Assembly (NCBI GenBank): GCA_016748015.1
Contig: JAAOMT010000003.1
Location: 1,492,373-1,556,372 of the forward strand
Reading direction: 5' to 3'
DNA length: 64,000 nt
Source of the DNA: Geosiphon pyriformis uo1
Lineage: Eukaryota; Fungi; Glomeromycota
Position numbers and translations under genes: made by a program. Shown here piece after piece: positions 39,140 to 53,218 of this stretch. A model generated the notes under the pieces. That model was not told the DNA's origin. It saw only the letters and a program-made list of their open reading frames with translations, and made no database searches. The stretch's first letter is position 1; the number at the start of each line of letters is the position of its first letter.

Positions 39140-42100
39140 TGAAAATAAATTTTTGCTTTAAAAGTATTTAACAAATCTTTATCTATTCAAGTTTTTATGC
39201 TAATTGCCAGAGTACTTTCGACAAGGTTAAAACTATTTATCTAAGTCAATCACGCGCTGGAGTATCAAGAGGAGACCGATCTTTGTACACTGCTTTGTCA
39301 GATTTCCATGACATTTGATTATGTTTTCGTCAGATAAGCTCTTATCTAGAAGATGTTCTTGGTGGCTGTCAAATATTGTGATACAAAATCCAAAATTGGC
39401 AGTTCGCGTGATAATAAATTTTGCTTTTGACTAATTCGCAAATCTTCTGAACGAAATTATTTTATTTTTAATCAGATAATAAACTAGGAACCCAACTTAT
39501 GCTGCTTGAAGAGCATAATGAATTCTTTTAATGATTTTGCTATGAAAGCTTTCAAAATTTTATGGAGAAAAAGAATTATCCCTCCAATATTTATATACTT
39601 TGCATTTCACATTCGGTCGCATGAAAATTTTGAAGGCTGGACAGTTTCTCATAAAGCTTTAAATATTCAAAATTTCTACAAACAGAATAAAAATCTCACT
39701 TCTCCCATCGTAGTTGATTGGAAAAATCAAAATATAGTCCCTTTCCATTTCAATCGAATCACAAAACGATCTCAATCGCTTCCTAAAACCTTGATGGATC
39801 CTGAAAAAAGTTTAATACCGGTTTATAAAAATTTGGCATACCTTGCGAATGACGCCTATTGCGATGCAATAAGTGACCCCATAAACGGTTTGATCTTTTT
39901 AGAATAAAACAATTGATTTAGGTCAACTTCATATTAAACAGTATTTTTAACCAATTGTCATTAATTTTTACTGTTTAGTCGATTACGGATTTCTCGAAAC
40001 CAAAACTGGTGGTGCGGCTTTAGTTGTGTACTTTGCAGGACCAGTAATTATTTGTCATTTCCTGAAATAGTATGTCAAAATCAAATTCACTAAATAGGAA
40101 TTTCTTGACTTTTTTTTAGAAAAGAAAAAAAATTTTCTGGCGCACTGAGATTGATAGACAAATTTTATTTCAAGTGAAAGGCTTCCCAACATTTGACGAT
40201 GATGCCCGTGTTAATAAACCGTTCTTGGAAATTATTGAATCCGTGTTTCCCAGCATTTTAGAGAAGATGCGGGAATTGCTAAAAATAAAGCCCGAGACGA
40301 GGCAAATTTTTTTCGTTGGACATGCTATTGGTGGAGGTTTGGGGAAACTAAGAAATTTTTTTTTAGTTTCAATAAGGGAAAATCTGAAATAATTTATATT
40401 CTGAATTATCAGCATACGCCTCAATCGCTGGTCTTCGATGGGCTATTCAAAGATATGAGATTACTCAATTAAATTTATGGCCTGAAATAAATATGGATGA
40501 AATGGGACAACATATTATCACATTTGGAGCTCCAAGAATTGGGAATAGCCGATTCAGTAGATTTGCAAATGGCGTGATTGACCATCATCGCATAACCCAT
40601 GGAAATGACCATGTACCACAATCTCCTTTGGATCCATTGAAGTGGAACCATTTTGGGTTTGAAATCTGGATTGAACCATTAGAAAATTGCGATTGTCCCG
40701 ATGATGCTAATTTTCATCGATATTCCTATTGGGATTGTAATAATCAAATTCTTCAAGGTACACAAAGACAAATATGGATTGAGAACTGGGCTAGTGAGAA
40801 TATGGTAAGTTTTATCCAAAGAAAATTTTTAAAACCGATAAAATTTGAAAGAATTTTCTCTTTAGGAGTGTAATAAAGGACAATCAATCATCAACGTTCC
40901 AGATGATTTGTTCCATGATGGGCCTTATTTCGACATTAGAATGGGTGTTTGTAGTTAAGTCATTTAGAAATTCTTGAAATTAAAATATTGACTTTATTTT
41001 TCAGATGAGTAACAGACCATCCAATAATGCGCGCAATTTTACTATATAAAATTTGTTTTTTAATATATTGTTTTTAGCGACCCATTTATGTATACATTTC
41101 GAATTTTAAGTCGTTCTTTCATTAAATAAAAAATTAAATAAAGACGAATCTGTTGTTATCAAAAATAACCTGCAGGTCCAATTTTAAGGTTGTTAGCATT
41201 AATGCGCTCTTTAAAATTCTTTGCAGTCTTAAGAAATTGTCCTAATTTTATGTCACTCGTCTGTTTATTGTGGCTTAATTCGCTATTTGAAAACAAAAAT
41301 TTTTATAAAAGTTTTCATCACATCTTGAAGAGAGAAAGAATATTGAAAAAATTCTTTCAAGAGCTTCATTATTCGTCTTGTAACATATTTTATATTTTTA
41401 AGCGTTGGAATTGATCTCCGATATAATTGCTTTGCGAATCAAGAAATTTATTTAGAAAGCAAGAATTATTTTTTAAATGTCCTACTTTAAAATGTTCTCA
41501 TTTGAAAATATTAATAATACTTGAATTTGTTTTTAGACATCAACCAGAGTTTTTTAATCGAGTTTAATAATATGACTCATAGGCCAGTTTGACCATGTTC
41601 TCAAAATTCATATCTTCACATCTTTGGTCATATGATGAGAAAATTAATGATAATATAAGCAAGAACATGTAAAATAAAAAAATTAGTTTTACGATTATGA
41701 AAACAAAATTTTATCGAATCTGACATTAAAATTATTCAAATTTTTTTAACATTAAAGCCACTGATAAAATGAAGGATGTTAAGCTAAAAACGTCTTTATT
41801 TATATTCTATTTGATGCTGCTGTTCACATGTTATCAATTTATATAACTCCCATCTCTTGACGCTGTTTATGTTTTATTATCAAAAAATAATTAATATATT
41901 TACCTTGGTCAAATGGAAGTTTTTCTAAAAATACATTTTACTAAATTTTCTTTGGCTTTAAGAAAGCAATCTTTTGTATCTTCCATCAATAATAAAGGCT
42001 ATATTTGATTTTAATAATAATAGAATTTAATAAACCTTAGAAAATCTCATAGAATAAGATTTCGTAAACGAACGAACAGCACTGTATCAAAAAACATAAA

Positions 42101-42620
42101 AAAGCTAAAAGGCCCCTAACAAATCTTATTCATCCTAAACTCACAGCAAGCAAATTAGAAATTCCTGCTGAAATTTTGCAAATATAGGTGCTGCTTATTG
42201 GATCAGATTTCAAATTTTGCCTATTGTTTGCCGTAAAATAATATTGGTAAATTTCTTTGAAGATAAAAATATTTTTAGGTAATTACTTAATTTCAAATTG
42301 AGATCTAAAAATGAATTAAACATTTTATATATTTTCTTGGTTGACTCAAAATCCTTCTTTCATAAGCGGATATTTTTACTAAAAACTTGGAAACTAACGG
42401 TTTATATTCACAAAAGAACAATGAGGCAAGATCAATTTATCGCACATCTTTAGAATGGGATAACAACAAGCTAGTTGGTGAAATTTGGTTGTAAAACATT
42501 CTTAAATGATGCCTTCCTTGGTCAGTAAACCGTTCAAGAAAATACTTCAATATAAAGATTCAAATTCCATTTTATTGAAAATGAAATTGGGGAGGTAGAT
42601 TTTCAGTTATTGATATTTCA
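39140..42620 (+). repeat. Direct segmental duplication, copy A (copy B ~52830-56395)
   Basis: Colinear similarity through the upstream region (caagaggagaccgatctttg), L11/L14, the intergenic region and L12/L15. Confidence 0.92.
39518..40958 (+). CDS. Secreted Lipase_3-fold protein, Ala-type predicted dead (L11); exons 39518-39887, 39979-40043, 40120-40336, 40413-40804, 40866-40958
   Basis: KR site, LANDAYC, VVYFAGP, FFVGHAIGG (Ala 40324-40326), ITFGAPRIGN, RITHGNDHVP, NCDC, FHDGPYFDIRMGVC. Intact frame. Confidence 0.9.
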
Positions 42621-43110
42621 GATAGATAAATATCACTTATTTAGAAAAAAGAATTATGGAAGCATATGCAATTCTAGCTGTCATGCAATCTAAATACATG
42701 GCGATACATCGGAGCGCCTCGAATTGGCAATTTAAACTTTGCAAAATTAGTCAACTGATTTTCAGCCCACATTCATCGAGTGACAAACGCCAATGATTGG
42801 TTATCACGAAAAATGATGCCTAAAGGGCTATTTTTACATTCCAAACCGGAATATTGGCAGGTAAGAGTAAATCAATGCTAATGCCAAGAATATTATATCA
42901 GATTAGGAAATTCATAGGAAGAACCCAGGGTGAGATTGATGAGAGTCAAGTAATATGTGAATTAAACTTATTTAATCAAAACATTTTCCTTGCTATATTT
43001 CCCAATCTTTCTATTAAAAAATTTCAGCTTTTTTAGACTTTTTCAGATTGTTTAACTTAATTTAGTCTTTTTAATTCATAATGTTCTATTCTGTTAGGAA
43101 CGTAGTTTAA
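41770..43110 (+). pseudogene. Lipase-family pseudogene (L12)
   Basis: Degenerate FTK.Q..ARSIY exon, eroded elbow (GAAAATGAAATTGGGGAG|gtag), AYAILA, IHRVTNANDW..HSKPEYWQ; many stops. Confidence 0.75.
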
Positions 43111-43129
43111 GAACAGTAGATTTGGAAAC

Positions 43130-43740
43130 TGTTGAAATTGAATGAGTAATGGAAACGAGGAAAAACGATCAAAATTTTCAAAGATTTCCGGCAACATTGT
43201 TTTGTTTATATTGAATCTACAACTTATGATAATATTTTGGTCGTACTTGATGTGTCAGAGATATGTTTACACTTTCCAACGCGACTTTCCGAATCTCCCA
43301 TTTAGTGCAGGATAATTTTTCTTCAATGAAATAAACAACCATAAAATTGTATGTTTGATCATAGATCATTTTTAAAACCTGAAGCTATTTTAGGTAAATT
43401 AATACTCTTGGAATTATTGGTAATTATCAAGATTTTATGCGAATATACCTTCTAATTTTGGCCTAATAACTTTCACCTCAATAGGATGACTCTCCTTTTC
43501 AGGGCATTAGGCACTATTCGCGTATTGTGCAAGATTATGCATTAACACTTTAAACTCGAAGTTTAAAAATATAGGTCGATACGATGGAACATCTCAAGTT
43601 TGAGAAATTTTGAATAGGTGGAATTAGGAAGATTTTATTGAACAGTAAAGAATTATATTGTGAGAATATTTTATATTGAATGGAATACAACTTAAAAATA
43701 AAAATGAGACAAAGAAAATTTGATCATTTGAAAGAATGAA
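43130..43740 (-). pseudogene. Lipase-family 5' pseudogene fragment (L13)
   Basis: HNLAQYANSA*C..KVIRPKLE|gt and MVVYFIEEKLSCTKWEIRK match exons 1-2 of L10/L3. Confidence 0.72.
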
Positions 43741-45339
43741 AGGTACAGATATTTGAAAAAATATTTTTTGTGAACACATATTTATTCTTTATTTTATGTA
43801 GTTGCGACTTAATATCATAATGAGTTGTTTTGATGAATGAGTCTCGAATCTTTATTACAAAAACATTTTGAATCAACAAATTCTGATCGGAAATGATACA
43901 TTATTAATAGTATTAAATAAAGTTTCTTTTATCTCTGTTATGCAAATAAATCTTATCAAGAAAGCTTTTGAAATAATTATAAGAATTTTTCAACCACTCA
44001 CTTCTCAAATTATTCAAGGCATTACAACAAATTAAATCTTTACCAAATTTCAAAAGCGTTCAATTATATCATGGCTATTGCTATTTTGATTGAATTAATG
44101 AGGAAAGGGTAAATTCGATTAAAGGTCTAGTTTATGAGAAATCAATCTGATAGGCGTTAAAAACTTATTTTTAAGAAGAATTTTCAGACGGAATATCTGT
44201 GATTTTCGATTTTTTATTTGAGTTAAATCAATTTGTCAATTCTAACCAGATTTAAGAAAACCTGTTTCTTTAGGGATGTGACGGACAAAATTGATCACAA
44301 AGTAAAAGATTTTATTTGTCTATACGATTGTGAAAAATGTAAATTTCTTGCAATTTATAGGCTATGTTTTACAAAACGATTTAAAATTAGTTTGTTGGAT
44401 TTTATCATATTCATCATAAACATTTATTTTTCCCTGATTTCTTCACATATAAACTTTAGGCCTGAATTTTTACTAAATCAACAAAGATTTGGTGTCACAG
44501 ATAAATTCGGATTGTTTATGTAATAACGTGAATAAAATTTTTATGACTATTTCTATGAAATTTATATCTTAATAACATATTCAATGAATCATTTGCAGTA
44601 AAATTCTGAGATTTATTTTTAGGCTAAGAGGTTAACTAATAAAACATTTACATCTAAATGAAATATTCAAATTAAAAAATTGAGAGTATACAGTATAACT
44701 TTTCTCTGTGATAACCAAAGAAAACTGTAAAAGGATTAAGTATTTTTTCGTGACAATTAAACAAGCTTAAGCTTGCTAAAGCATGTGATATGGAAATTTC
44801 AACCAAAACTTATTTTGCAGCAAGGAAATTTTTTACTTGCGGTTCAATTGTGCTACAATTTAATCGGTCTAGCCTTCTGAAAAAGTTTGGAAGTTATATT
44901 TTGTTTTTAAGAGATTCTGATTTGCGCATACTAAAATTTGGCGATTGGGAAATTCGTTGAAAACGATGCAACTCTTCAATGGCTTGAGAAATCCACACAG
45001 AGAAATACCAATATTTTAATAATGAATATCTCAAAGTTTTCAGAGAATCCAAGAAGGCATAAACTAACTGAAATGAAATGAGAGGATCTACAATAAAAGT
45101 TATCCAATAAATCAATTGTATTCTTTTTAAGAAAATGTAAAATTTTATGTTATGTATATAGACCCATTTTTAAAAAAACTTGATATTAAACTTTTTAGAT
45201 GGTCGAAAATGTTTTTTCCATCTTAGAATATAGAAATAGAGGCTTTTGACGGCATCAGATTTCTCCAAAATGAGTTGTAGAGAAAAATGAATGCCAATAG
45301 AATATAAGAATTTTACGTTCATTTAAGAAATTTCTTAAA

Positions 45340-45560
45340 TTTTTGTAAATCTGGAACAAGCATTTGAGCTATTATCAAATTCACCAGAAATTGAAAGTTT
45401 TAATGCACAATATAATTTTGTCTTCTGTTATCAAATGAATTGGAAGTAACTAAAAACTCTGAAAAAATTTGAACTCTATTAAAATTAATTTTTGAAATCT
45501 TAAAAAAATTTTCGCTTATTTTCTTTCAATGAAAAATTTACACATACAAATTTAATTTTC
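45340..45560 (+). pseudogene. Sel1-repeat remnant (related copies at ~48390-48665 + and ~61030-61240 -)
   Basis: AFELLSNSPEIESFNAQYNFVFCYQ..EVTKNSEK.FELY, a degenerate Sel1 consensus. Confidence 0.65.
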
Positions 45561-45569
45561 AAAGAAATA

Positions 45570-45820
45570 TATTGTGAATGTCCGGAAAGCGTCTACTCAC
45601 TTGTATATGGATGTTATAACATCTATCTATTGGATGAACATCCGGTATAAAATTCGAAAAATTATATATTTTCACTAAATGATAAGTATTTAATATAAAC
45701 ATCTAGCCAATTTTTAGGAATACAATGCTCGTAATTACGAGTTTGACTTTAAAAGAGAGTCAAGTTATTTCGGAAAACCAAATGACCTTCGCTATGGTCC
45801 ATATTTTGAAATTCCGTGAA
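45570..45820 (+). pseudogene. 3' two-exon fragment of a lipase-family gene
   Basis: ECPES..DEHP|gt...ag|EYNA..DLRYGPYFEIP*, matching the family's final intron and GPYF terminus. Confidence 0.7.
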
Positions 45821-46835
45821 TTTCAGAAAATTTAACTGGCAAGAAGAGGTTTATTAATTAAATATCTTATGCATTTAATTTGTTTTCTTGTTATAAGTTT
45901 TTTTAAGGTTTTTTACTTCTGTTATCTGTTAATTTGTTACTCCAACCTGTGACATAAAAATAGTGCTTTTTGTAAGAGTGTCAAATTTTAATTTATTATT
46001 TTTTATATGAGCAATTGCACATTTTCGAAACAAAAACCTGAAATGCATTTTCTTGGCTATTTATTTACTTTTTAAATTAAAGTTTATATTGAAATAATAA
46101 AAAACAATTAAATCAAGTAATTGTTTTCGTATTATAATTTTTTATTAAATATCGCTTCACTTTAATTATCTGAATTATTAAATTTATATCTGGATAATTA
46201 CTGGCCAATTATCTGAATTATCTTTAATGACAAAAAACAAAGTTTTTATTATTGAACTAATTTAAAGCGAATAAAAAAATGTAGCCTTTTTCCAAAAACC
46301 ATTAAACTTGTATAATATTATCATTAAATGATAAAAGTATTGACTATTGCAAAAAAAAAGAGAAGGTTTTTATTTTTGTTTAAGCTGTAAAGATTAAGTT
46401 TGTACAATAAAAGTAATTACATTCATAATGTTAAAAAAAATTATCAAAAATTTGATTTGCTATAACTAATGATAATATTTTAATTATTTAAAATCTTATT
46501 TATGAATATTTTGCGAAATACAAATTATTAATAATTTATGAGTTATAATTTGCAGGTCATTTTACAACTTAAAAACAATTTCAATATTATATGATCGCAA
46601 ATGAGTTGTTACATTTGAAGAAAAATAATATTTGTTTTTTTTAACCAATGTATTTTATTTATTTTTGGCGAGATATTCGAATTACGCCATTTTTTTTCGT
46701 GTTCAGTTTCTTCTGTGGGCAACCGTACAGTTAATTCAACTTCGGATTAATGGGAGTAATCTAGAACAGGTTTTCGATTTTTGTACATTTCCTTTGGAGT
46801 AAACTGAGCCTGAGGATCACCACAACTTGCCGAGC

Positions 46836-47648
46836 TCAAATAAACGTATGGTCTATCTTTCTCTCCTTTTTGATGACCTTTTCGTTTTCGAGGTTAGCCA
46901 GCTGAATCTTGGCATTAAGATCATCACCCGCTGCAGCTTTCTTGTACCAATATAATGCCCGTTTATAGTCCTTTTTTGTACCCTGTGCCTCTCGAAAGCA
47001 CTCGGCCAAATTAAATTGAGCACAGGGAAGACCAGCCATGGCTGCTGTTTGATACCAATAGAAAGCTTTGACAGAATTTTGCCGAGTACCTAATCCTGAT
47101 TTGTAAAAGCATCCGACGTTATTTTGGGCACCTAAGTGACCAGATTCAGCTGATCTAAGAAACCATTCTAATGATTTTTCCATATCCACAGTGGTTCCTA
47201 TTCCATGATGATAACACCTTGCAAGCCGATATTGAGCATGTCCATTACCATCATTCGCAGACATCCGATACAATTTGAAAGCTCTTTCTGGGTCTTTTTC
47301 CACGGCAAATTCAGTCTCGAAACAGATTCCAAGGAATAAATGACCATATGAGTAACCATTATCGGAGGCAACCTCGTAAGCTTCAAATGCCTTTATCGGA
47401 TCAAAACATTCCTTGATATACTGATGACAGAATCCTAGGAGGCATCTAAACTGTCGAACGTACTGTGTTCTAATCGTGAGTTTTTCAATTAGAGATTCCA
47501 GTGAAAGGTTATGACTTTCAAGCTGGTTTTGGATATCAAGCGCGATATCACAATAAGTTACCCCACGATTGATCGAGTCAAGGAAACTTTTTGCGATCTG
47601 GTTGAATGGACCATTGGTATAATTTTCTGGATGGAGATTTGAAATCAT
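46836..47648 (-). CDS. Sel1-like repeat protein (270 aa, intronless)
   Basis: Tandem AQY.LA.CY..G.GT..D..KA..WY..AA..G repeats. A 1-nt deletion relative to the paralog shortens the C-terminal tail. Confidence 0.93.
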   Translation of the reverse strand: MISNLHPENYTNGPFNQIAKSFLDSINRGVTYCDIALDIQNQLESHNLSLESLIEKLTIRTQYVRQFRCLLGFCHQYIKECFDPIKAFEAYEVASDNGYSYGHLFLGICFETEFAVEKDPERAFKLYRMSANDGNGHAQYRLARCYHHGIGTTVDMEKSLEWFLRSAESGHLGAQNNVGCFYKSGLGTRQNSVKAFYWYQTAAMAGLPCAQFNLAECFREAQGTKKDYKRALYWYKKAAAGDDLNAKIQLANLENEKVIKKERKIDHTFI

Positions 47649-48299
47649 TTGAATTTGATGGATTTTTTGTTATTATTAAGATTTGATGATTTTTGGTTTT
47701 CGTTTTATTATTGAAATTACGGCTTTTTTGTTATCATTTGAATCTAAAAAATCAACTATATTTATAGAGGATTCTTAATAATTCCTAAATAGGCGCGTAA
47801 ATAATGAAAAGGTACAAGATCCAAGTTGCTGGAGACAGTGAGAAAATTGTCTATTTTCGGTTAGATGTTTCTTTGTAACGTTGTAGATCTCGGGGTCAAA
47901 ATTATTAAAATTGTTGCAGCTGGGTTGAGATAAAGCTTAATTTTTGAGCACAATTTTTACAGGAGTAAAATGATGATCATACAACAGATATGTTTTGATA
48001 CTTTATTACCAAAAAGATTTATATTTAATCTTGATAACAGATTGTATTTTTAAAATAATCCTCTACCCATTAAAAAATGTCAATGGGTGTAACTATTTTT
48101 AGAAATTTGGTTCATATTCTAACGTTGCGGGGCCTAGACTTTTCGACAATATGATTTAGATTATAAATCCTTTTTTTCTATAATATTACTTTAATAAGCA
48201 ATCAGATTATCTAAGCACTAATAAAGTTGACGATAAGGGGGAGAGCTATTAACTGCTTTGTTTTTTGTTTTTCATTTCTTGAGAACTAGTCTGTAATTA

Positions 48300-48665
48300 T
48301 TTTAAAGAAATTTCTCAACTTTTTGTAAATCCCCCGAAAAATTCTATACTGGATGGAAATTTCCAGGTTTTGGTCTTTTTGGACAAGATGAAATTCTGGT
48401 AAATATGCACTGGAATGTTTTTATAGAAACCCTCAGATGGATAACCAATCAAAACCTGGTAAAAGCATTTGAGCCATTATCAAAACTCAACAGAAATTGG
48501 AAGGTTAAATGCACAATATAATTTTTTATTCTGTTATCAAATGAATTGGAAGTAACTATAAACTCTGAAAAATTTGAACTCTATTCAAACTGATTTTTGA
48601 AATCTTAAAAAAATTTTGCTTATTTCCATACAATAACTAATTTACACATGCAGAGTAAATTTTTC
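48300..48665 (+). pseudogene. Sel1-repeat pseudogene remnant, divergent from the 46.8 kb Sel1 gene
   Basis: GKYALECFYRN...KAFE...AQYN..FCYQ...FELYS, degenerate; direct repeat of 45358-45560. Confidence 0.6.
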
Positions 48666-49959
48666 TAAAAAGTATTATATTTTTGAGATATTGTATTTTT
48701 TTTGGTTAACAAATTAACATAAATTCTAAACTAAAAATGAGTGGGATTTGAAAGTCTAACAGGTTTCAAGAAATGTTGATCAGCTTAACCTTAATTTACC
48801 TAGCCCGAAACAAGTTCATTAATAAAATTTTTTGAAATTCTTGCTTTTTATCCGTTATTTAGCATAATGATATAACTTAAAAATTGAAAGAATGAAAGTT
48901 AAATATTTTGAAGCTTTATACCAATATACATTACAATAATATATTTTGAATGTGAAACGATAGAATTATTCTGAATTCAAGTGATAATTATGTTTAATTG
49001 ATTGGTAAAATAATATAATTCTCGAGATACAATAAAATAACACCATAAAAAGTATTCAAGTGCTGCTTTTTCCCAAGATTTGAAATACAAATGTCCAAAA
49101 CTTTAATTGCTTCTTTGTTTGATTGTGGCTGAAAATGTTATTTATACGGGAATTTTATATTTGGATTATTTGTGTAAAATAAAGAATAAAGAGAAAGATA
49201 TTGATAAATATAGAACCTATTTTTGATACGAATCAAACAATAAATTAACTAATTTTAGAGCTAGTTTGTACTCCATCATCAGCGATTTTATTATATACAC
49301 TATCAAGACTATGGTTACTTGTTTTCCAATTTAAAATCAAAGTTAAATCTTATTTATTCAAAAAATGTATAGAAACAAAGATAAATTAAGTTGATACTTA
49401 AAACTTCTGCTTCACTAATATTTTGTCAGAATCAAAAGAAAAAATTTCAAATAATTCTTAATTTTTTCACATCAGAGATTTAATTTACTATATTCAACAA
49501 CTATTTCGTAAAATGGTGCTTACCTATGAAATAAAATGTTCCCTTTTTCTTTAACAATGTTTTTTTGAGAAACCAGAACCATTCCCTCAGCCAACTGCTT
49601 TTACAGAGATGTTAGATTTGACATCATCAGTACAACAATGTTATATCAGTACAACCTTAATATTTCAGAGTCTGATTTTGTTCATCTGCACCAGACATTT
49701 CAAACAATTAACTTTAGTTTAGACTTAATAGACCTGAGCATCTCTTCTATGCCTTCTGCATGTATTTCAAAATGTTCAGGAACATATTTGAGAACATCCA
49801 AAATTCTCCAATTCTGTTACTGGGCGTCTGTGTAATATTTCATGATGGCCTTGAAGAACCATAAAAAAATTATTCGTAGTGAAACATGCAAACTTTAAAA
49901 ATGTAAAGAAACTTGTTGTAAGCATAAAGTAGAGCACTACCAACAACAATATTTTGGTC

Positions 49960-50240
49960 AAGGATCTTCAACCAAACACACACAAAAGGAATAAGCAAAA
50001 ACTGATGCGTCTAGGCAAGTTGATTGAAAGATTCCCAGCTAACCATCGGCCATATGTTATGGAGCTAATACAGATGCAGGTTTCTGCCTCTGGAACTGGC
50101 GAGGGTTTTCAAGCATGCACACAAAAGGGGAATCAATAAAGATTGATGTATCTAGGAAATTAAATCGAAAGATTCCCAGTCAAGCATTGGCTATATGCAA
50201 TCCGTAAAACTATGGAGCCCATATAGGCGTAGGGGTTATT
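49960..50240. repeat. Two diverged tandem units with a 141-nt period
   Basis: tctagg..gaaagattcccag..atatg..tatggagc recurs; gattcccag starts at 50030 and 50171. Confidence 0.8.
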
Positions 50241-53218
50241 TCATGCTCCTTATAATTGTGGAAATATAAATGACCTTCTGTATTAACATTATTGTATAGA
50301 AACCTTAAAAAAACATGCTTTTTCTTGCTGTGAGAATTTTAGACCTGCCAATCTAATAGCCGAGTTGGAAGGGGTTTTTTAAATTAAGCAATCTTTTCTG
50401 CAAAGATATAAGCGATATTTTTAGAGGATCTCAATGAAAAAATGATATCTAGCGGTCATTGTAAGCTGGAAAGAAAGAGGAATTATTCATTCAAAGTTAT
50501 CAATTTTTGCAAAAGCACGAGATTAAGCAATTTAAAAGAAAGTTTAGAACTGGAAAAAGTTTCTTTAACAGGTGTTTGGATATATAGAAGGACAATAAAG
50601 TCAGAAATTTAATTGTTCATGAGCTTTTTGCTGAAACTCCGGATGATTTGCCAAATTTTCAATAGGCCAATATACGTTAATTGCCACAATTTCCTAAAAA
50701 ATATAATGCAAGTGGAAAATCTTTACACACAGTTTAATCATGTCCAATTTTAATCACGTCCAATTCATCAATTAACCCTTCAAGAATCTTGTGCAACACA
50801 GTTTCTTTCTACATCATTTTCGACCTTTTCATAAGATTCGACTTTTCATTGTGTTAAAAAACTGTGCGCTTTGAAGGTAAAACTTAAATAGTACCTAAGA
50901 AAAATGTTATTTAAAAGCAAAAATTTGTTTTCTAACCTAACGTCTTTATGTTTCTATAGGATTCACATTTCAATTTATTGATAAAATTATTAATTTCGAA
51001 ATAGTTGTAAACTTTTAGATAAAAAAAAGTCCCGTTTTTGAAGATAATTGAATGCTTAGGACCAAAATGAATTATGAAAATATCACAACACATTTTAATC
51101 CATTTTAACACATCTGTGAACAATTAATGTGTATTGAGTAATTTCAATGTAAATTTAATAAACGTGAAATTAAAAAATAATACAACCTTTTTATACATAT
51201 CTTTTTCCTGCAAAAAATGCGTCCAAAAATAAAAAGTGGAAAAAAACCTTTTGCATGTACATATTAAAAAAAATAAAATAATCACATTAAATATTTATAT
51301 TTTTACAACATAAAATATTACTCATGTATGTAAATAAAATTTGGTATTTACTTTTGTAAAAATTAAAAGTATTTTTTTTTAAACATACCAGCATCAGCAT
51401 TTGGTTAAACTTTTTTTTTTTTAAAAGAATTTTTTATTTTTTTACATAAATATATGTTTGAATTTGTCAAAAAAAAAAATTTGTTTTAAACCAAGTTTTT
51501 ATTAAGGGTTTTTTATAATTAATTCATCGAGTGCTTACAAAAGTAAACTAACAGAGTTTTAGTTAGAAAAAAGTTAAAACAGCATTAAAAATATATATAA
51601 AAATAGAATTGATATTAAAATAAAAAAAAGAGTTATTAATAAAAAAGTTATATATATACTTTTTAATAAATTATAATATTAATAGATTGCAATCTATAAT
51701 GTAATTTAAAAAAATAATTAATTTAATAATTAATGAATCAACTAAAGAATAATGATGCATTTATAAATAAATTAAATGAATAAAAAATTGATAATTTTGA
51801 CGAATATATTACTTTATTGCTCATTATATATTCTCTGAACTTCTTTTGGCTATTTTATTTACATATATATATTTTATTGTTCTTTTCCCTAATTTTTTAG
51901 AGTTTATATTTGATTGTAAAAATAAAATATGCGTTTTTTTTTGCATTTCATATTCTCTTATTTTAAAAAAGTAATAAATTTGGCATCCCATTTTCTCTAC
52001 TAAAGCTTGAAATTTTGTAAATAAAATTTTTTGAAAAGACAGTGTTGACAAAAACAAATTTTTATTAATTTATTTTATGTAAATCGGTAAGTTCATAATT
52101 GTTTTTATAACTAAAAGCAATTTTCTCAAATCGGACATAACAAAATGCAACTTTTATTTAAAAATAAAAAGCACCAATATTGTTTTTCTCCAATTCCAAA
52201 TGTTAATTAACAAATTTTAATTTTTTTACTTCATAATTTAAATAATATTGAACTTTCAAATTTATATAGTATTTTATTCAATGACTTAATATTTTAACTG
52301 TTCTTAGTTTGAAGTTTTTCAACAATTTATTTTTTTTCTCATATTATTTATTTATTATTATTACTTAAGTAAACTTCAATAATACCTGGTTTTGTTCATA
52401 CTATGGGTACAACATGTCTTATTATATATTGTGTACATTGTTGGGAAATATGATGTTTTAGAGCAATTTATCAGATGTGTTAACTATGTTATTTTTATTA
52501 TTTCTTATATTAATTGACTTTAAATAGCCATAGCAATTAAATATGACATATTAAATTTATCTTAATAGCTGATGGCTAATTAATTTATTATGAATGTGTA
52601 CTAAAATTGATTTTTTCATCTGCTACATTAATTGAAAGAGAAAATCTGTTTCAAAGATTTTGAACCTATTAAATCAACTTTTTTTTTAGATCAAAAAATC
52701 TAATTTTACTCGAGAGCATCCGAATGACAATATTATGATATACAAAAATTATTACTGGATTCTGGATATTTTTGGCAATTCACGTATCAACCCCTTCTTT
52801 GGATATAAGGTTCTTTCTGTCTTTCAAACGGAAAAATAAATTTTACTTAGAAAGTATTAACAAGTCTTTATTCATTCAGAGTTTTTTTGCTAGTTGCTAG
52901 GGCACTTTCCACAAGGTTATAACTATTTATCTAAGTCAATGATGTGCTGAAGTGTCAAGAGGAGACCGATCTTTGCACACTGCTTTGTCAGAAATTCAGC
53001 AAGATTTCCATGGCATTTGATTATGTTTTCAAGGATTTTGCATAAGGAAGGCTCTTATTTAGAAGATCTTCTTGTTGGGTGTTTTAGATTTTGGTATAAA
53101 ATCCAAAAATGGCAGTTCGCGTGATAATACAAAAATAAATACATAAATAAGTTTGATTTTGGCGGATTTCTTATTTATCTCGAAACATAATAAACCGCCG
53201 ACAAAAAATTAGGAACCC

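Larger units (their letters stand above)
45340..48180. repeat. Inverted duplication, arm A (arm B ~58555-61200)
   Basis: Reverse-complement similarity across the Sel1 gene, its upstream region (gagatctacaacgttacaaagaaac), 3' flank and lipase fragment. Confidence 0.92.

Noticed and set aside
49960-50240. CRISPR-like array
   Set aside because: Only two long diverged units with no spacer structure, in a eukaryotic context.
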